From positions 192,174-256,173 of the forward strand of contig ML996691.1 in the NCBI GenBank assembly GCA_010356995.1: 64,000 nucleotides of DNA, written 5' to 3'. Source of the stretch: Trichodelitschia bisporula. Lineage: Eukaryota. Of the stretch, positions 1 through 13,114 are shown piece after piece (position 1 is the stretch's first letter; the number at the start of each line of letters is the position of its first letter). Position numbers and translations under genes: made by a program. The notes under the pieces were generated by a model. It was given only the letters and a program-made list of their open reading frames with translations. It had not been told where the DNA came from and ran no database searches.

Positions 1-2323
1 AGTAAGGACATGCTTGGGGATCAAATCGTCATGCCGGTAGGTAATGATGAAGAGAATGGGGATTTTGCCTGTGACAATGTTGTGCACGAGGTCGAGGGAT
101 TCCGTGTCCGCGTACTGGAGGTCGTCTAGTGACAAGATGATGAGCTTACTGGACGCAAGCAAACGCAACACACCGAGAAATATATTCATGAAGCGCGACG
201 TTCTGGAGGCTCCCGAGCGTGACCACTCGCCAGTAGATTGTGTGCTGCTCTGACTGCTACTAGGCGCTTGGGTCAGAGAGGGCGAGGGGCTTCGACGACT
301 CTGCATAGTGATGCGAGCCAGAGATTGGTTCAGGCCGTTCGGCTGGGTGTGCGAAATCACATCCAAAAGTGACTCGGGCAGGTCGAGATATGTGTGCAAA
401 ATGTGCCAAACGGGCTTCACAAAGCCACGGATGTGGTTGTGGAACTCTGTTGAGACATCGCTTTCTGAGAAGATTTGCCGGAAAAGCGATGACATTAAAC
501 GCAGAATCGGCTCAAACGGGGCCCGTCTCGCCTGGTCAAACTTCGCGCTTGCGAAGTAGCCATAGTTGCGGGCACTGACCTGGACGCTTTGAATCAAGCA
601 CGACTTGCCCAGCCCAGCAGCACCCGATATGGCGATCACTTCGCATCTGCCCTTTCGCCTAGTCCGAGTTGCGTCTCGCAGCAACCTTCCGGTTTCCTGT
701 GCGCTGTTGTTGTTCGCGGGTACAGATGCACCGCTGGATCCGAGTTTCGAATCGGCGCTGGTACCGTTGCGCGACTCGCGCAGTTCAAGGAGCTCATCAG
801 AGGACACTTCGGAGACGATGCTTCGTGCCGTCTTGTGGGAGCCGTGCAATACAACGGAATTCGCGCCGTCACCGTTTCTCACGCCGGATGTCTTGGAGCT
901 ACCACTTCCGGACGTGCTCTCGTTGGTCGCCTGCATGTCGGGTTGTGTGTTGGATGTAGAGGAGCCAGTGCTGCGATCCCAGGCAGAGCTACCTAAGGAC
1001 GCCACCTTATCCCGGTGCTGAGCAAAGCCCTGAATAACTGTAATGATGCGCTGGCGCTCCTCTTCGCGGCCGACCTGGTATGTGGGCAGGTTGAAAAAGG
1101 ATGAAATGTCCTTTTGGGCAATCTTGAACGACTGGAGGCTCTCGGAATCGCCTTCTGAAAGCAGTGTACGTATCTGTATCAAGTCGTACTTGAGACCGGA
1201 GGTGGAATTGTAGCGCTCATCGATGTTTTTCTGCGTCATCCTCTGGATGACCTGCGACAGGGCGTCGGGAATCCCCGCGCGCTTGGATGATACAGGCAGG
1301 ATGCGCCGCGAGAGCACATTCTGCATTACCAGCAGAGGCGTGTCGCCCTCAAACGCGGTCTCACCAGTCAGCATCATCCAGAAGAGAATTCCCAGGCTGT
1401 AGATGTCGGTGCGGCTATCCGGTTCCGCGGGTAGACGGCCAGTCTGTTCAGGAGCGATAAACTGGAGTTTATGCTCGACACCCAGCTCCCGGCTGAGCGA
1501 GTACCAACCGGCCGACGTCAGGCCATTCTCGAAGGAGCGCGTGCCGGAGCCGAAGTTCAGCATCTTGACTTCGCCAGACTCCACATTGTAATGGAAGGCT
1601 TCCGCACGGATCTCGCCGTGCACGACCTGATTTCCGTAGTGCAAAATTTCGCAACACTCAGCCGCGCCGATCGCAAAATGAAGGAACTGGTTGAGCGGCA
1701 TTTGGCTGCGTGTCCCAGATACCACCTCTTTGTCCCAAGCACCCGAATTTCCGAGTCCTCTATATGCGTTTGGCCCAAAGTCGACCATACCCCAGAGATA
1801 GTTTTCACCCGGCTCTTCGAATATCGATACTACCAGCAGGTTTCCGCCGTTCCGCGGAGGCAGGCGCACAAACTCGATGGGGCGCACAAAGTGCTCGCAT
1901 TTCTCATCGCTTGTCGCCACGACCAGCTTGACAAGCTGGAACTCGCGCTCGAGGCGCACCACGTGCTGCGAGATGCGGGCCACGACCTTGCGCGTACGGG
2001 GTTCGAGGGATGGGATATCGACCTGGCCATCGCTTTGCGATGACTTGTGCGAGCGAAAAGCCGGGCGTTGAGAGTTTTCGGGCGTTGTAGCTGTGCGCGA
2101 GGGACTTTGGCGAGAAGCGGGTTTATGCGCGGAGGAGCTCTCGGAATTCGTGACGAGCTGGGTGCCGTAGAAGTGCCAACTGTCTGCAGATTATATTGTC
2201 AGTAGAGGCACCCTACTCTCTGTGCTGCTTACCATAGCTGGAGTGGAAAGGCTCCCTCTCGGTATCCCATTCATAGCCGGGGATCTCGAAGAGTCGTTGT
2301 AAGACGTCCCCGGGGCTCTCCAT
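1..2323 (-). CDS. Hybrid histidine kinase of the group X / Chk1-Mak2-like type, N-terminal part (S/T-kinase-like domain + P-loop ATPase); runs off the window edge
   Basis: ATG at 2323 (MESPGDVLQRLFEIPGYEWD..), exon 2323-2233, GTAAG..CAG intron 2232-2184, then an apparently open frame to position 1. Kinase-like segment HGEIRAEAF..KMLNFGSG..FIAPEQTGR..RTDIYSLGILFW; Walker A GAAGLGKS near 600-625 followed by YFASAKFDQ. The HisKA/receiver domains are not in the window, so that part of the call is inferred. Confidence 0.88.
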
Positions 2324-4820
2324 ATTGAACAGCGTCGGAGCGCGCGGGCAGGCGCGGAGGGGTTGGGTGGGGGGGAGGGTTGTGGAGAAGCGCCTTAAGC
2401 TCACGACGCGTCAGACATTGGTCAGGGAAGCAGTGGTGAGCCTAGGGAATGATAGAGGAGAGTATGGCGTGACAAGCAGGGTAGCGGTTGGCGTATACGG
2501 TAGTGTCAAGTACAGGTGTTTAGTTGAAGATGCGGACGGAGTACAGACTTGGAACCCTCACAAGGGAGTCTAGATTGCGAGCGAGCGGGGTGAGGTGATG
2601 ATGGGGAATGGTGTCCAGTTGCAGATGCGGGCGATGGAGAGAAGGAGCTAACGTGTAAGAGAGGGGAAATATGGGAATGTATCGATGCATGCACGCGGAG
2701 TCGCACTTCGATAGGGCGGAGATGTGGTTTTTCCATGCGACGAGAGGTCCAGTCAGATTGCGTAGACGTGGAACCGGAGCAAGCACCGAGGCTTGTAACG
2801 GCAAAGTACAAAGGGCAAAGTGCGAAGTGCGACTCTCTCTCTAGCAAGAACTCCACCCCCCACATGGCAAGGAAATGGTGACGACAGTGGCGGTGCAGCA
2901 ATCATTCCCACACTCGGCTTCCTTGTTCTTTTCGTGTTGCAGCTCCATCTGCAACTCCCTTGGCACCATTGACCGTCGCTGACTGGAGCCGCATATGCAC
3001 AAGTGTTACTACTCACTAATTTATGTAACAGGAACTTCGGAACATTAAGTACACCTTGGCTAAAGAAAACGAGTAGTGGTACATCTTCAATATGGACATC
3101 TTGCAGCAACGAAGAAGAGCACGTTCCCATCCGGTACTATGCAATATGGTCATCTAAGGATGATGTGGCTAGGGCGAACAAGCACATCGATTAACTCAAG
3201 GAACGGACTGAAAGATGAAGTCGATCAGGGAAAACAAGCGTATCGACTAAGTCAAGGTAGACGCCGATCGCATCTCAATTCGCAAGATCGAACAGGCCCG
3301 TAATGCCAGAACTTCCATAGCGCTCCTCCATACACTGTAAAAAGTCGCGAGGGAGGCCACCAGGAATGCTCGCATCTGAAATTCAAAGCTATGTAGACAG
3401 CCTGGCAGTCCCTGAGGGGATATTACAGAATGAGTGCTGGTTCGACGAACCAGCCAGTCACGGAGGGCCATGAAAGACCAACATTTGAAGCTCCACAGCC
3501 TTGGTCAAGAAGACCTAGATACCCGTGCCTCCGACAATCTGGACTGCACAAAGAGCTGACGATTGAGTATTATAACTCATCACGGGGACTTCGGAAGACC
3601 AGAGTGTCAAAGTAGTAGACTAGACCCCATATACTTGAGCATCGTGATGTCGAGAGGCCGCGTATTTTTCTTGCAACCGAAGCTGAAGGCCAGTCTGAGC
3701 CATTCAACCGAGCCGCCATAAGAAGGTACAACTGCGGATATCAATATATGAGAGCAAAATTAGCTCTCCGTTCGCCCCCGAAACCGTCGGCATTCGAGCT
3801 AACGTGGTTGACGTCATATATAACGTGAGGAGAGTTGGCCGTCTTTGAGCCTGACATCCACATGTCCGCTACTCGTAAGGAGGTTGTTTATGTCATCTTC
3901 ATTCCTCCAAAATAGGCTCAAAGGCGAAGACGTCATGAAGATGTGCAGCATATCAGTATCCAAGGAAGACCCATTCGGAGCATTGGCCAGAGACATGGCC
4001 GAAATAAGTGGAAGCCAAAGGATGGCTCGTTGGCCAAAGGGCGGTGTTTCAACCTCTGTCATTCTGTCATCTCCATGCCCTTTGAGGTCGTCGTTAAATA
4101 GCGGGGAACCGGAGCCTTGACCGATGCTAAGCGACAGAGAGCGTCGCTCGTTCGACCGAACTTGGATGTGTTGATTTTGGAACTCCGTAGGATTCGCGGT
4201 TTCATCCTAAATCTCCGAGTTCGTCAGTTGGAGTCTGAATACTTAGATCGCAGACTTCGGCGGAAGCGGTCCCCTTGGCCAACAAAGGACTTTGAAGTCG
4301 ACATGACTGAAGAAGCAATGAAGATGCAAAAGGTCAACAAGCCAAAAGGCACAGGATGGTTCATGTGGGAAGAAGATGGCCCAGTGCTGAGCTGGGTGAG
4401 CTGAGCTGAGTGAGGGGAGCAGATGGGTACATATGCTACGGTGGTACGACGTTATGCAGATGGTGCAGATAATGCAACGGGTAACGGCATTCAGCGGAGT
4501 ACTACGTAGTAGCCGACGAGGGGAAGGTGTTTTGGAGTGGTGAAGGGAAAGTCGGAAGAGAGTCTCGGGACTGCAGTGGTCTCGAAACCTGTCCACTCTC
4601 TTCTCTCGCCAACCTGCAGCACACTGCCCGCAGTCCTTCAACGTGGTTACCCCCAGTTGCCCCACACCACCACACCTTCCAAGCAACGCCGGCCCGCTTC
4701 AGGCAACGTCAACAATAATTCACACCCCAAGCATCGTCACCACCCACTTCGCATTGAGCACTATGGTCCCGTGCTAAGCTGCGCAACCGTTCAATAGTCA
4801 TGCACTAGACATGTCATAAA

Positions 4821-7329
4821 ATGGATTTCCACTCCGATCACTCTCCCGTGGAGCCAACGTCACCGCACAAGCGTGACCTCCCCTCCGACCTCCCGCGCAG
4901 CCTCGACGACCGCCGCAGCACACCCGTCTTCGGCGGCGAGACTGAGATTTACGATGCCTGGCAAGGTAATCCCACCGTAGCTTCCCGTGTGGTGCGAGAC
5001 TGAGAATCATACAGGGCAGTCACAGTTCCTCACGACTCCGATCCCGGCCCGCCCGCTGAACTTCAACCTGTCGCTCGGAGACCATCCCACATATGGCGAC
5101 GATGCAGACACACGTCGCATGTATGACAGCGACGACAAGTTGGTACAGATGCTAGCGTCACAGGCGCGCCTAAAGGAGGGCAATGTCGTCTCGGGCGAGG
5201 ATGCCATCCTAGCCGACCCGAAGCTGTCGGACGCGGAGAAGCGCGCGGCGCTCCAGGGAATGTTCACCATGGCAGCTTCGAACGGCGAGGTGGAGCGCGT
5301 GCGGAGGATGCTGGATGGTGAAGCGAAGGCATTCATCGACGTTAATACTCCGGATGCCGACGGCACGCCGCCCCTCATCTACGCTAGCTGCTTTGGCCAC
5401 CAGGAGGTCGTATCGGCTTTGCTTGATGCTGGCGCCGATGTTAACCGGCAGGACAAGAACCAATGGAGTTCGCTCATGTGGGCCATGACCAACAAGCACA
5501 AGGGCATCGCGAAGCTGTTGCTTGACCACGGCGCGGACCCGGATGTCAAGTCTTCGGCCGGAAGGACGGCGCTTGACTTTCTCGGAGCCAATACTGAGAT
5601 GTCGGAATACCTTCATGAGAGCGGCTACAACATCGGAACCGCCGGCGTTACGGATGATTTCTACAATGCCGGACTCTCCGAAGACCGATTCGAGGAGGAG
5701 ATGGCAGAAAACGAAATGAAGCGACGAATGATGATGGAAAGTGCGATCAACCTGGAGGTTGATCTGGGGAACTTGGGACTCGACGAGCAGCCTGAGGTGA
5801 GTTTTGCTCCAATGTGAATTGCAAAGCTAAGCCCACAGTCACCGGACGGTTTGGAAGAAGAGCAGGAGTTTATGTGGGATCGTTGCCTAAATGATCAAAT
5901 GTTTGTCTTTCAAGAAAGTGAACTCGGTCGGATACTGGACATCATCATCACAAACATGACGCCACAACGATCCCCATCACAGAAGCCCGTACCTGCCAAC
6001 ATTCTCTTCCTCAGTGCCCGATATGCACATTACCACGCCAGTCCAGAGCTCCTTGAGGAGCTTCTGCTCAATGCCATGGACAAGATTAACGATATAGTAG
6101 AGAGGTTCCAATGGGATATGACGATCCTTGCATTCTGGATGTCGAATGCGACTTTGCTATTGCACTACCTCAAGAAAGACCGCGGGCTCTCAAGCGCGAC
6201 CGCGAACTTCCAGTTACACCTTGCCGAGCTCATCAACGAAATCTTCATCTTGATTATACGCGACGCCGAACGGCGAATGGACAAGGTCCTAGACGTAGCA
6301 ATCCTCGACCACGAGACCATCCCCGGATTCGAGGACGTCCACTTCCAGAATGAATGGAAGATCTTCCGGTCAAAGCCCAAGCCAAAGCCGCCAGAGCCGC
6401 TGGAGAAACGGTACCGCCCACCGTCCCCGAAACGGCGCGCTCAAGTCTCTCCCCGCAACATTACCTCTCTACTATCATCCACTCTGTTCGTCCTCGAGCT
6501 ATACGACATCCACTCCGTCATCATCGCCCAAGTGCTCTCCCAGCTCCTCTACTGGCTCGGCGCAGAACTCTTCAACCGCATCCTCGGCAACCGAAAATAC
6601 CTCGCCCGCACCAAAGCCATGCAAATCCGGATGAACATCTCAACCCTCGAAGACTGGGCCCGGACCAACAACCGCCAGCCCGACCACTACGAAAACGGTT
6701 CCATGACCTCCACCGGCGAAAACACAGTCGACGCCGCACGGCGCCACCTCGCCCCCGTAGTCCAGCTCCTGCAGTGGCTGCAGTGCTTCTCCTCCCTCGG
6801 CGAAGACTTCGAAGCCCTCGTCGCCACAATCCAACAGCTCCCCCGCCTGACGCCCCAGCAACTCGTCCACGCGGTCAAGTACTACCGCGCCGAGGTCGGC
6901 GAGAAGGGGCTCCCCAAGCCGGCGACTAAGTATCTGGCCGATTTGGCCCGCGAAACGGCGGAGCGGAGGAAGAAGGCCAAGCGTCTATCGGCCGCCGCCC
7001 CGCCCTCGCCGTTGCCCGGCCAGGAACCGCGCACGCCGACGAGTGAGAACCCGCCGCCGGGCTTCGCGAGCCCGGGCACGCTGTCGCCGGATGCGTTCCC
7101 TGAGGCGGCCGATCCGCCGGATAATTTACTTCTGGACCCGACGCTCATGCTCCCGTTTTCGCTGCCGACGAGCACGGATATGCTCGTGAGTTATGGGGCG
7201 GGGTTTGGGGGGCTTAATCGGGAGAGGGAACGGAAGTATATACCTAGTGTGCCGGCGGAGTTTTTGGCTAAGTTTGATACTGGGGGGCGGAATGGGGAGA
7301 CTGAGACGGGCGGGGGGAAGTGGATGTAG
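4821..7329 (+). CDS. Ankyrin-repeat + DIL (dilute) domain protein (YPR089W-like)
   Basis: Exons 4821-4965, 5015-5796, 5839-7329 joined in frame by GT-AG introns. Ankyrin repeats (GTPPLIYASCFGH, QWSSLMWAMTNKH, GRTALDF) and a DIL signature (AELFNRILGNRKYLARTKAMQIRMNISTLEDW..QLLQWLQC). Confidence 0.9.
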
Positions 7330-7344
7330 CGGGCTTTGTATCTC

Positions 7345-7399
7345 GATATCACGAGTTTTGCATATGGATATCACGAGTTTTGCATATGGATATCACGAG
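7345..7399. repeat. 22-bp tandem repeat (GATATCACGAGTTTTGCATATG, 2.5 copies) just after the ankyrin-DIL stop codon
   Basis: Exact copies at 7345-7366 and 7367-7388, partial copy 7389-7399. Confidence 0.9.
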
Positions 7400-7901
7400 G
7401 GCGGGCTGGGCTGATTATGCGGGGACGGGATGTGCCGTGCGGGGTGGGGGTTCAGCCTCCTCCGTCACTGGGGATGGCGGGGAAATGAGATGAATGCATG
7501 TCCTCGAAACTCCACACCTTTTTGACTTGTCGGTATCGTGATTGCACATAATCAGCAGCAGTGCTTAACAACCTCTTCCGCGACTCGTACCGGTAGTAGC
7601 TATCTCACCGCCATCCTTCCCCCACAAAGGGCAAGTTAGCACGCCGCGCCGCACCCACCAATCAGCGTCGGCATAATCGTAATCTACCTCGGTAGCGCGC
7701 CCTCAACCGACGGCCGAAGAACGCATCTCGATGCCGCGAGCGCTGCGGGCCGACGTTATAAAGCGGAAACAGGCCACACTCCCATATCCCACTTCCCCAC
7801 GCCGACCACACTTCAAATACCCACGCTTCACCCACCTCTACACCCAATAACCCCGAACCCACAACTCCCACCACTCCTCAACAACCCTCACAGCCTTCAC
7901 A

Positions 7902-8223
7902 ATGACGACAACCTACACGAAATCCCAAGTCGCATCGCACACCACCGACGCGGCCGGCATGTGGATCATCATCGACGGGGACGTGTACGACGTCACCAAG
8001 TTCAAGGATGAGCACCCCGGTGGACCCAAGATCCTCAAGCGTGTTGCGGGGAAGGATGCTAGTAAGCAGTTTTGGAAGGTAAGGGCTGCCCCCTACTCTC
8101 ATATCTTTGAACCTCATATTCTTGAATATCCTGCTAATTGGGGAAAAGTATCACAATGACGGCGTGCTCAAGAAGTACAAGCCCAAGCTGCAGGTGGGGA
8201 CGATTAGCGATGCGAAGCTGTAG
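7902..8223 (+). CDS. Small soluble cytochrome b5-like heme-binding protein with C-terminal AKL
   Basis: Exons 7902-8078 and 8149-8223 (GTAAG..AAG intron). WIIIDGDVYDVTKFKDEHPGG heme motif, then GKDASKQFWK|YHNDGVLKKYKPKLQVGTISDAKL*. TATAAA at about 7757. Confidence 0.92.
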
Positions 8224-8973
8224 ACGCCCTCCCGCACCACCCCTCTTCAACCTCCTCGACAACGATTTCCGAGGCCCCCAGCGGTGGCCCCCCTTTTGCA
8301 AGGCGCAGCGCACGGCTATGGATCTATGATAGATTAGACACCTCCGGCCTCACTTCCCTTACTTTCTGAGCAGCTTTGGGTTCGGAAAGCGGGCATTGGG
8401 CTTTGTACACAAAGTGCGGATTAGCAATTGCGGATGATTTAGCAGCTACATTGTACACTTGCTTTCTGCTGCCTAGATACACTTCCCCATCACACGTACT
8501 GTCTCCTGTGCCGATATCTGCACTCCGAATATCTCCCATGCTATGCCCGTCGCTCTGCAGCGCTGCCTCATGCCCGCGCGCTCAATCCCGCATCTCGCCC
8601 ATTCTCAACCCCAAACCCGCCCATGAGGACCCGAGTCCAAATCCAAGGAAACAAAACGACAGTCCCAAGTCCCTCACACGATTTCATCCATCCCAAAGTT
8701 CAACCCATGAACATGCCCCCAACTCCATAAACGGCCCAAAAAAAAACAGATGCGGCGCAACAGTGGCAGGAAATACAAAGTCTGAAGAAAAAGTCCAACC
8801 AAAAAGAGCATATACAGGGATATCACAAATCAGCACCCAGGTTCCAACACGCGCCAATCCAAGCTGTCCTCACAACTCAGCCCTCACAAAAACCGTAGAA
8901 TATACAACCAGATATAAGCGCAAGGAAAGCCCCATAGACAAGACAAAAAGGTGCAAGACATTACCGCAAAACA

Positions 8974-10760
8974 TTACTCCTTCGAACTCGCCTTGTGCAA
9001 CGGGATGCCAAAATCATCCTCCTCATCCCAAGCATCCTCATCCGCACTACTCTCCCACTCACACGGAATACGCCGGCGCCGGTTCGTCCCAGCCGCCCGC
9101 GCAAAGCCATACACATCAGGCACACCCCGCACAATGCGCGCCGCAATCTGCAGCATCATAGCAACGAGGTGCGCAGGCGGCCCAATGAGCAGCGAGTACG
9201 TCTTCTGCACCAGTGCCGCGCCCAGCTGCTTCTGGCGACTAGGCGGGGCCTTGGGCGCGAAGATGGCGAGGCTGTTAGTGGCGGCGGCGCTGCGCTCGAA
9301 GGAGTTCTGGCGGTTGCCGGTGGGGAGGCGACGCAGACGAAGGCTTTCGGAGGGTGGAGGGGTGAAGACGTCGAGCGCGAGGTCTGGCACTGAGTCGCCG
9401 TCTGAATCGCTAATTAGCGTTGGGGTCGAGGGGTCGGAGCCCGAGTGGGTGTCGTCGGGGAGGCGGTGCGGGCGGGGAGAGTGCCCTGGACGAGGGGTGC
9501 GGATGATGGTGGCGTCGGAGCCGTCACGACGGTGGCCGCGGCGGCGCACGGCTGCGAATTGCTCGACGATGTCGTTGCCGGGTGTGTGGACGGCCGAGTG
9601 GAAAGCCTGATCTTCATTATTCGTGGCGTCGTCGAACGAGTGGAACGAGTCGCGGCTGGAGACTAGGCTGAGGGTGTCCGGCTCCTCGCCGGTTTCTTCC
9701 TGGATGGTCGGCGACATGGAGAGCAGGGGCTTGATCGGCTGCCGGACGGGCATTGTGACGGATCGGTTCAACTGTAGTAGTCGAGGTCGGAGTGAAAGCC
9801 GGGCCATCTGCGGAGATCCAGACGGGCTGACTACCACACGCTGCGGTGGATCGCCAGCCTCGGACGCGCTGTTCGTCTCTTCATCGTCTGCGACCGAGCC
9901 TTCGCCGGGAGTCTCGTGGTATGCCGTAGTAGGGGTAGAGTCTTCGTCAGACTCTTCGCGTGCCAGTCGTCGCTGCTCTGCCTCCTCTGGTTCCCAAACT
10001 CTGTTCAACTTCCACCGCTTAGCGCGTTGTTGGGGCTTAGTGCTCTGACGAACGAGGGTCTGTGGTGGAGGTGCGGTTGGCGTGACGAAACCGCGGCGGA
10101 AAGGTGACGGTGTCTTTTCGTACTGTAGAATGATACTCAAGACGTTCTTGAAGTCCTCGACTCTCTCACCATGTTCCGGTCCGCCAACTGGGAGTTCGAT
10201 ACGGTAGAAAGAGCCCTCGCGGACTCGCAACACGAATTTGGCATCTTCGTCGACGCACCAGCATTGCGACCTGGGGAGAATTGGGTGAAGGAGCGGACCG
10301 GAATTAAGAAAGGAGACGCCTGAGCTGGGGACACGGTAGACTCGCAGCGGGCCTAGGACGATGTCAGTCGCTGATCAGTTCCAAATCGGATCGCTCAAAC
10401 AGCAATTGGTGTCGCTCAGTTACAATGAAAATGTAAAAAGTCACAGCGCTGAACGGAAGCAGACTTACCAGAAGCCAGAGTGCGCTCCGTTGGATATGCC
10501 CACGGCAAAGTACCGTCCACGTCACCAGCACCAGCAGAGGCCGGACGACGCGCAGCAGCAGGTACGCTGAACGAAACAACCTTCGCGACGGAAGATGCAA
10601 ACAAAGTTTCGACGCTACCAGCAGCAGACGATGCCTGTTCGCTCGCGGGAGCAATGAGTTTCGTAGGTAGGGTGTGAACGCGACGCGTGCCGGGATGCAG
10701 GAACCTGGAGCCAACGTCGCAAGTAGATTGCTCCGCAGAAGCTTGGTGTTGGTCGGCCAT
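8974..10760 (-). CDS. INP1: Inheritance-of-peroxisomes protein 1 (Inp1)-like protein
   Basis: Exons 10760-10469 and 10352-8974. Conserved block LPWAYPTERTLASGPLRVYRVPSSGVSFLNSGPLLHPILPRSQCWCVDEDAKFVLRVREGSFYRIELP resembles the fungal Inp1 domain; acidic C-terminus WDEEDDFGIPL. Confidence 0.78.
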
Positions 10761-11863
10761 GGTTCCGGGGGCGGGGAGGAAGACGCAATGACGTGCGTCT
10801 CTTAGTTCATGCTTCGACGACGAAAAACAGACGGCGGACTGGACTGGCAGCGAGACACGTCGACAGAGAGACGACGCACCAAAGCTGCCGGTGCAGAAGT
10901 GTCATGCACGAAGAGCGCGCTGGAGTGGGGAACCGGAAGAGTTGAAGAGGAGGGAGTTGAGTTTAGGCGCTGGGGTGAAAGGGGAGCGGGCCACTTGTTG
11001 ACCTGGGCTGGCGGGCGGGGAGAGGGGGTGGGGGTGGTTGGGTTCGGCGAGTGGTTGAGAAACAAAGCGCCGGGTCCCCTGCCTTAGTTTGGGGGGCTAC
11101 TTTTATAGTTGATGATGAGATGAGAGACGAAGTTTGGAGAAAGAGAAGAGTGGAGAGTTGGGAGTTGAAGAGAAGGAGATGAAAGAGGGGAAGACGAGCC
11201 GTAGACGGTTGAAAGCGAGGGATACGGAGACGAATGATTAGGTGAGGCGTGACTGCAGCGCTCAGGTTTCGCCCTTCTGCACTCTCACTCAGCCCATCTG
11301 GCCTTCTTGTGCTCCCCCAGCGCTGTCCAGCCAGGCGTCAAAGGGAAAAGGCAGTGGCGCATGTCACCACCCCCTCACTGTTTGGCATCCTGTCCTCTCA
11401 TGTTCGCCTCTTGCCTTGTCATCTCAGGCACCCAAGGCGCATCTTTCCCCATTGCCCCTGGCGCCAAAACAAGAGGCGAATCACATGTGATCAGTGTTTG
11501 AGCCACAAGGCTCTCAGGCAGACATCTTGGCATCAATGAAATCAAGCAGAATCCCGACATCATCTTCAATTGTTGCTAGGCATCTCCAAAACATCCACAC
11601 CGTTGCGCTTTGCTCAACGTGACGCCTTCTGTGCTCTTCTTGCTGAGTTTAAAAGATCGAAACAGCGGCGGGCACTGTGTCAGAGCTTCCTCTTCCTCAA
11701 TTTGCTGCCTGCTTGATAGCTCGCGTGTCTTGCCACACCTGTCGTCATCGCTTCTGCCCCAACCCCAACCACCACTACCCTTGTCCTTGCCATACTGTAG
11801 TAGCTTGACCTCCAGTCGATCAAGCACCAAGCCGTCGCAGAATGCGAATTCCTACTCTCCACC

Positions 11864-13095
11864 ATGTCCAATTTTGATCCTGATGCCATTCTGCGCGGCG
11901 TGCAGCTGACTGCCGTTGGCGCCAACACTGCCTTGCGCAATCCGCGCCTCTTCACCACCGATCACTATCGCCAAGCTGCCTTAGCAGTCAGTATCGGCAT
12001 AGCCGTCAGCCTTCTCGTCTCCATTCCTGTAGGCTCCATCTGCTCTCTCCTGTACTCGTCTAACCTCGCAGGTTCATCTTGTCAAGGCTCTGATCTGGTG
12101 CTTTGGCTTCTTCGTTGACTTGACCCAATCGACGTGGGATAACGATGTCATCGACACCTTGAAGTTTATCGAGAACTCGGTGCTGCAGGCACCGTTCTTC
12201 TTCATGTCGTTGATGCGCTACATCACGCCCACCCTCGACAATGTGTGAGCAGCTGCACTAGTCCAACTCCATCTTCGTTGCTCACGTATCTAGCTTCATG
12301 GACTCGCTTGCCTGGGTTGACCAAACCTACTACCACAAGCACAAAGCGCAAGACCCGAAGGATCTACGTCAGCCCTTCTACCAAAACCTCAACCAGTACT
12401 CTGTTCACGGACCGACCGGGGAGAAGAAGAAGCCTTCGGTTGCCATCAAGGCTTTTGTCTATCGCTTTGGTCGCAAGGCTGGCATCTCCCTCGCAGTCTA
12501 CGTGCTCTCTTTCCTTCCCTATGTCGGCCAGTTTGTGCTTCCAGCGGCCAGCTTTTACACCTTCCAAAATGCCGTCGGTACGAAGCCAGCCGTGTTCATT
12601 TTTGCCTCGTCCCTAGCGCTCCCCAAGCGATATATTATCGTCTTCCTGCAGACGTACTTTTCGTCGCGGAGTTTGATGAGAGAACTGGTAAGTTAACTCT
12701 GTACTAATTGGCCCTTCTGATTTCCGCAGCTCGAGCCGTACTTTGCCCGCCTTCGGTACACGCCAGAGCAGAAGCGGCGCTGGTTCAAGGACCGCGAGGG
12801 CGTGCTCTTTGGCTTCGCCATGGGCTTCTTCACCCTGTTGAAGATTCCGCTCGTCGGTGTACTCATCTACGGAATCGCCGAAGCCTCAACGGCGTATCTG
12901 ATCACCAAGATTACCGAACCGCCGCCAGCACCCGCACAGTCGAAGGAATGGATGGATGAGCACGTGCGGTGGAAGAACAAGCATGAGTTTATGGCGATAC
13001 CGTTTGCGCTGCTTGATGAGCCGTTCCCGCATGGGCCGAAGCCAGTAGAGTCGATTAGGGTGACGGAGCCGCTGCCCGGTAAGGAGTTCCTTTGA
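11864..13095 (+). CDS. usgS: UsgS-like / EI24-type multi-pass transmembrane protein
   Basis: Exons 11864-12028, 12072-12244, 12294-12687, 12730-13095. MSNFDPDAILRGVQLTAVGA..LRNP N-terminus, FMDSLAWVDQTY, LMRELLEPYF, DREGVLFGF, YGIAEASTAYLITKIT; sits directly upstream of formamidase. Confidence 0.82.
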
Positions 13096-13114
13096 ATAGC
13101 TTCTCGTGGCATCG

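Noticed and set aside
44..2071. Plus-strand ORFs such as 1471-2043 (190 aa) and 605-1021
   Set aside because: Antisense shadows of the minus-strand histidine kinase, which the ORF track misses because its stop lies outside the window.
8376..9161. 261-aa plus-strand ORF
   Set aside because: No recognisable domain; overlaps the 3' end and UTR of the Inp1-like gene on the opposite strand in C/A-rich sequence.
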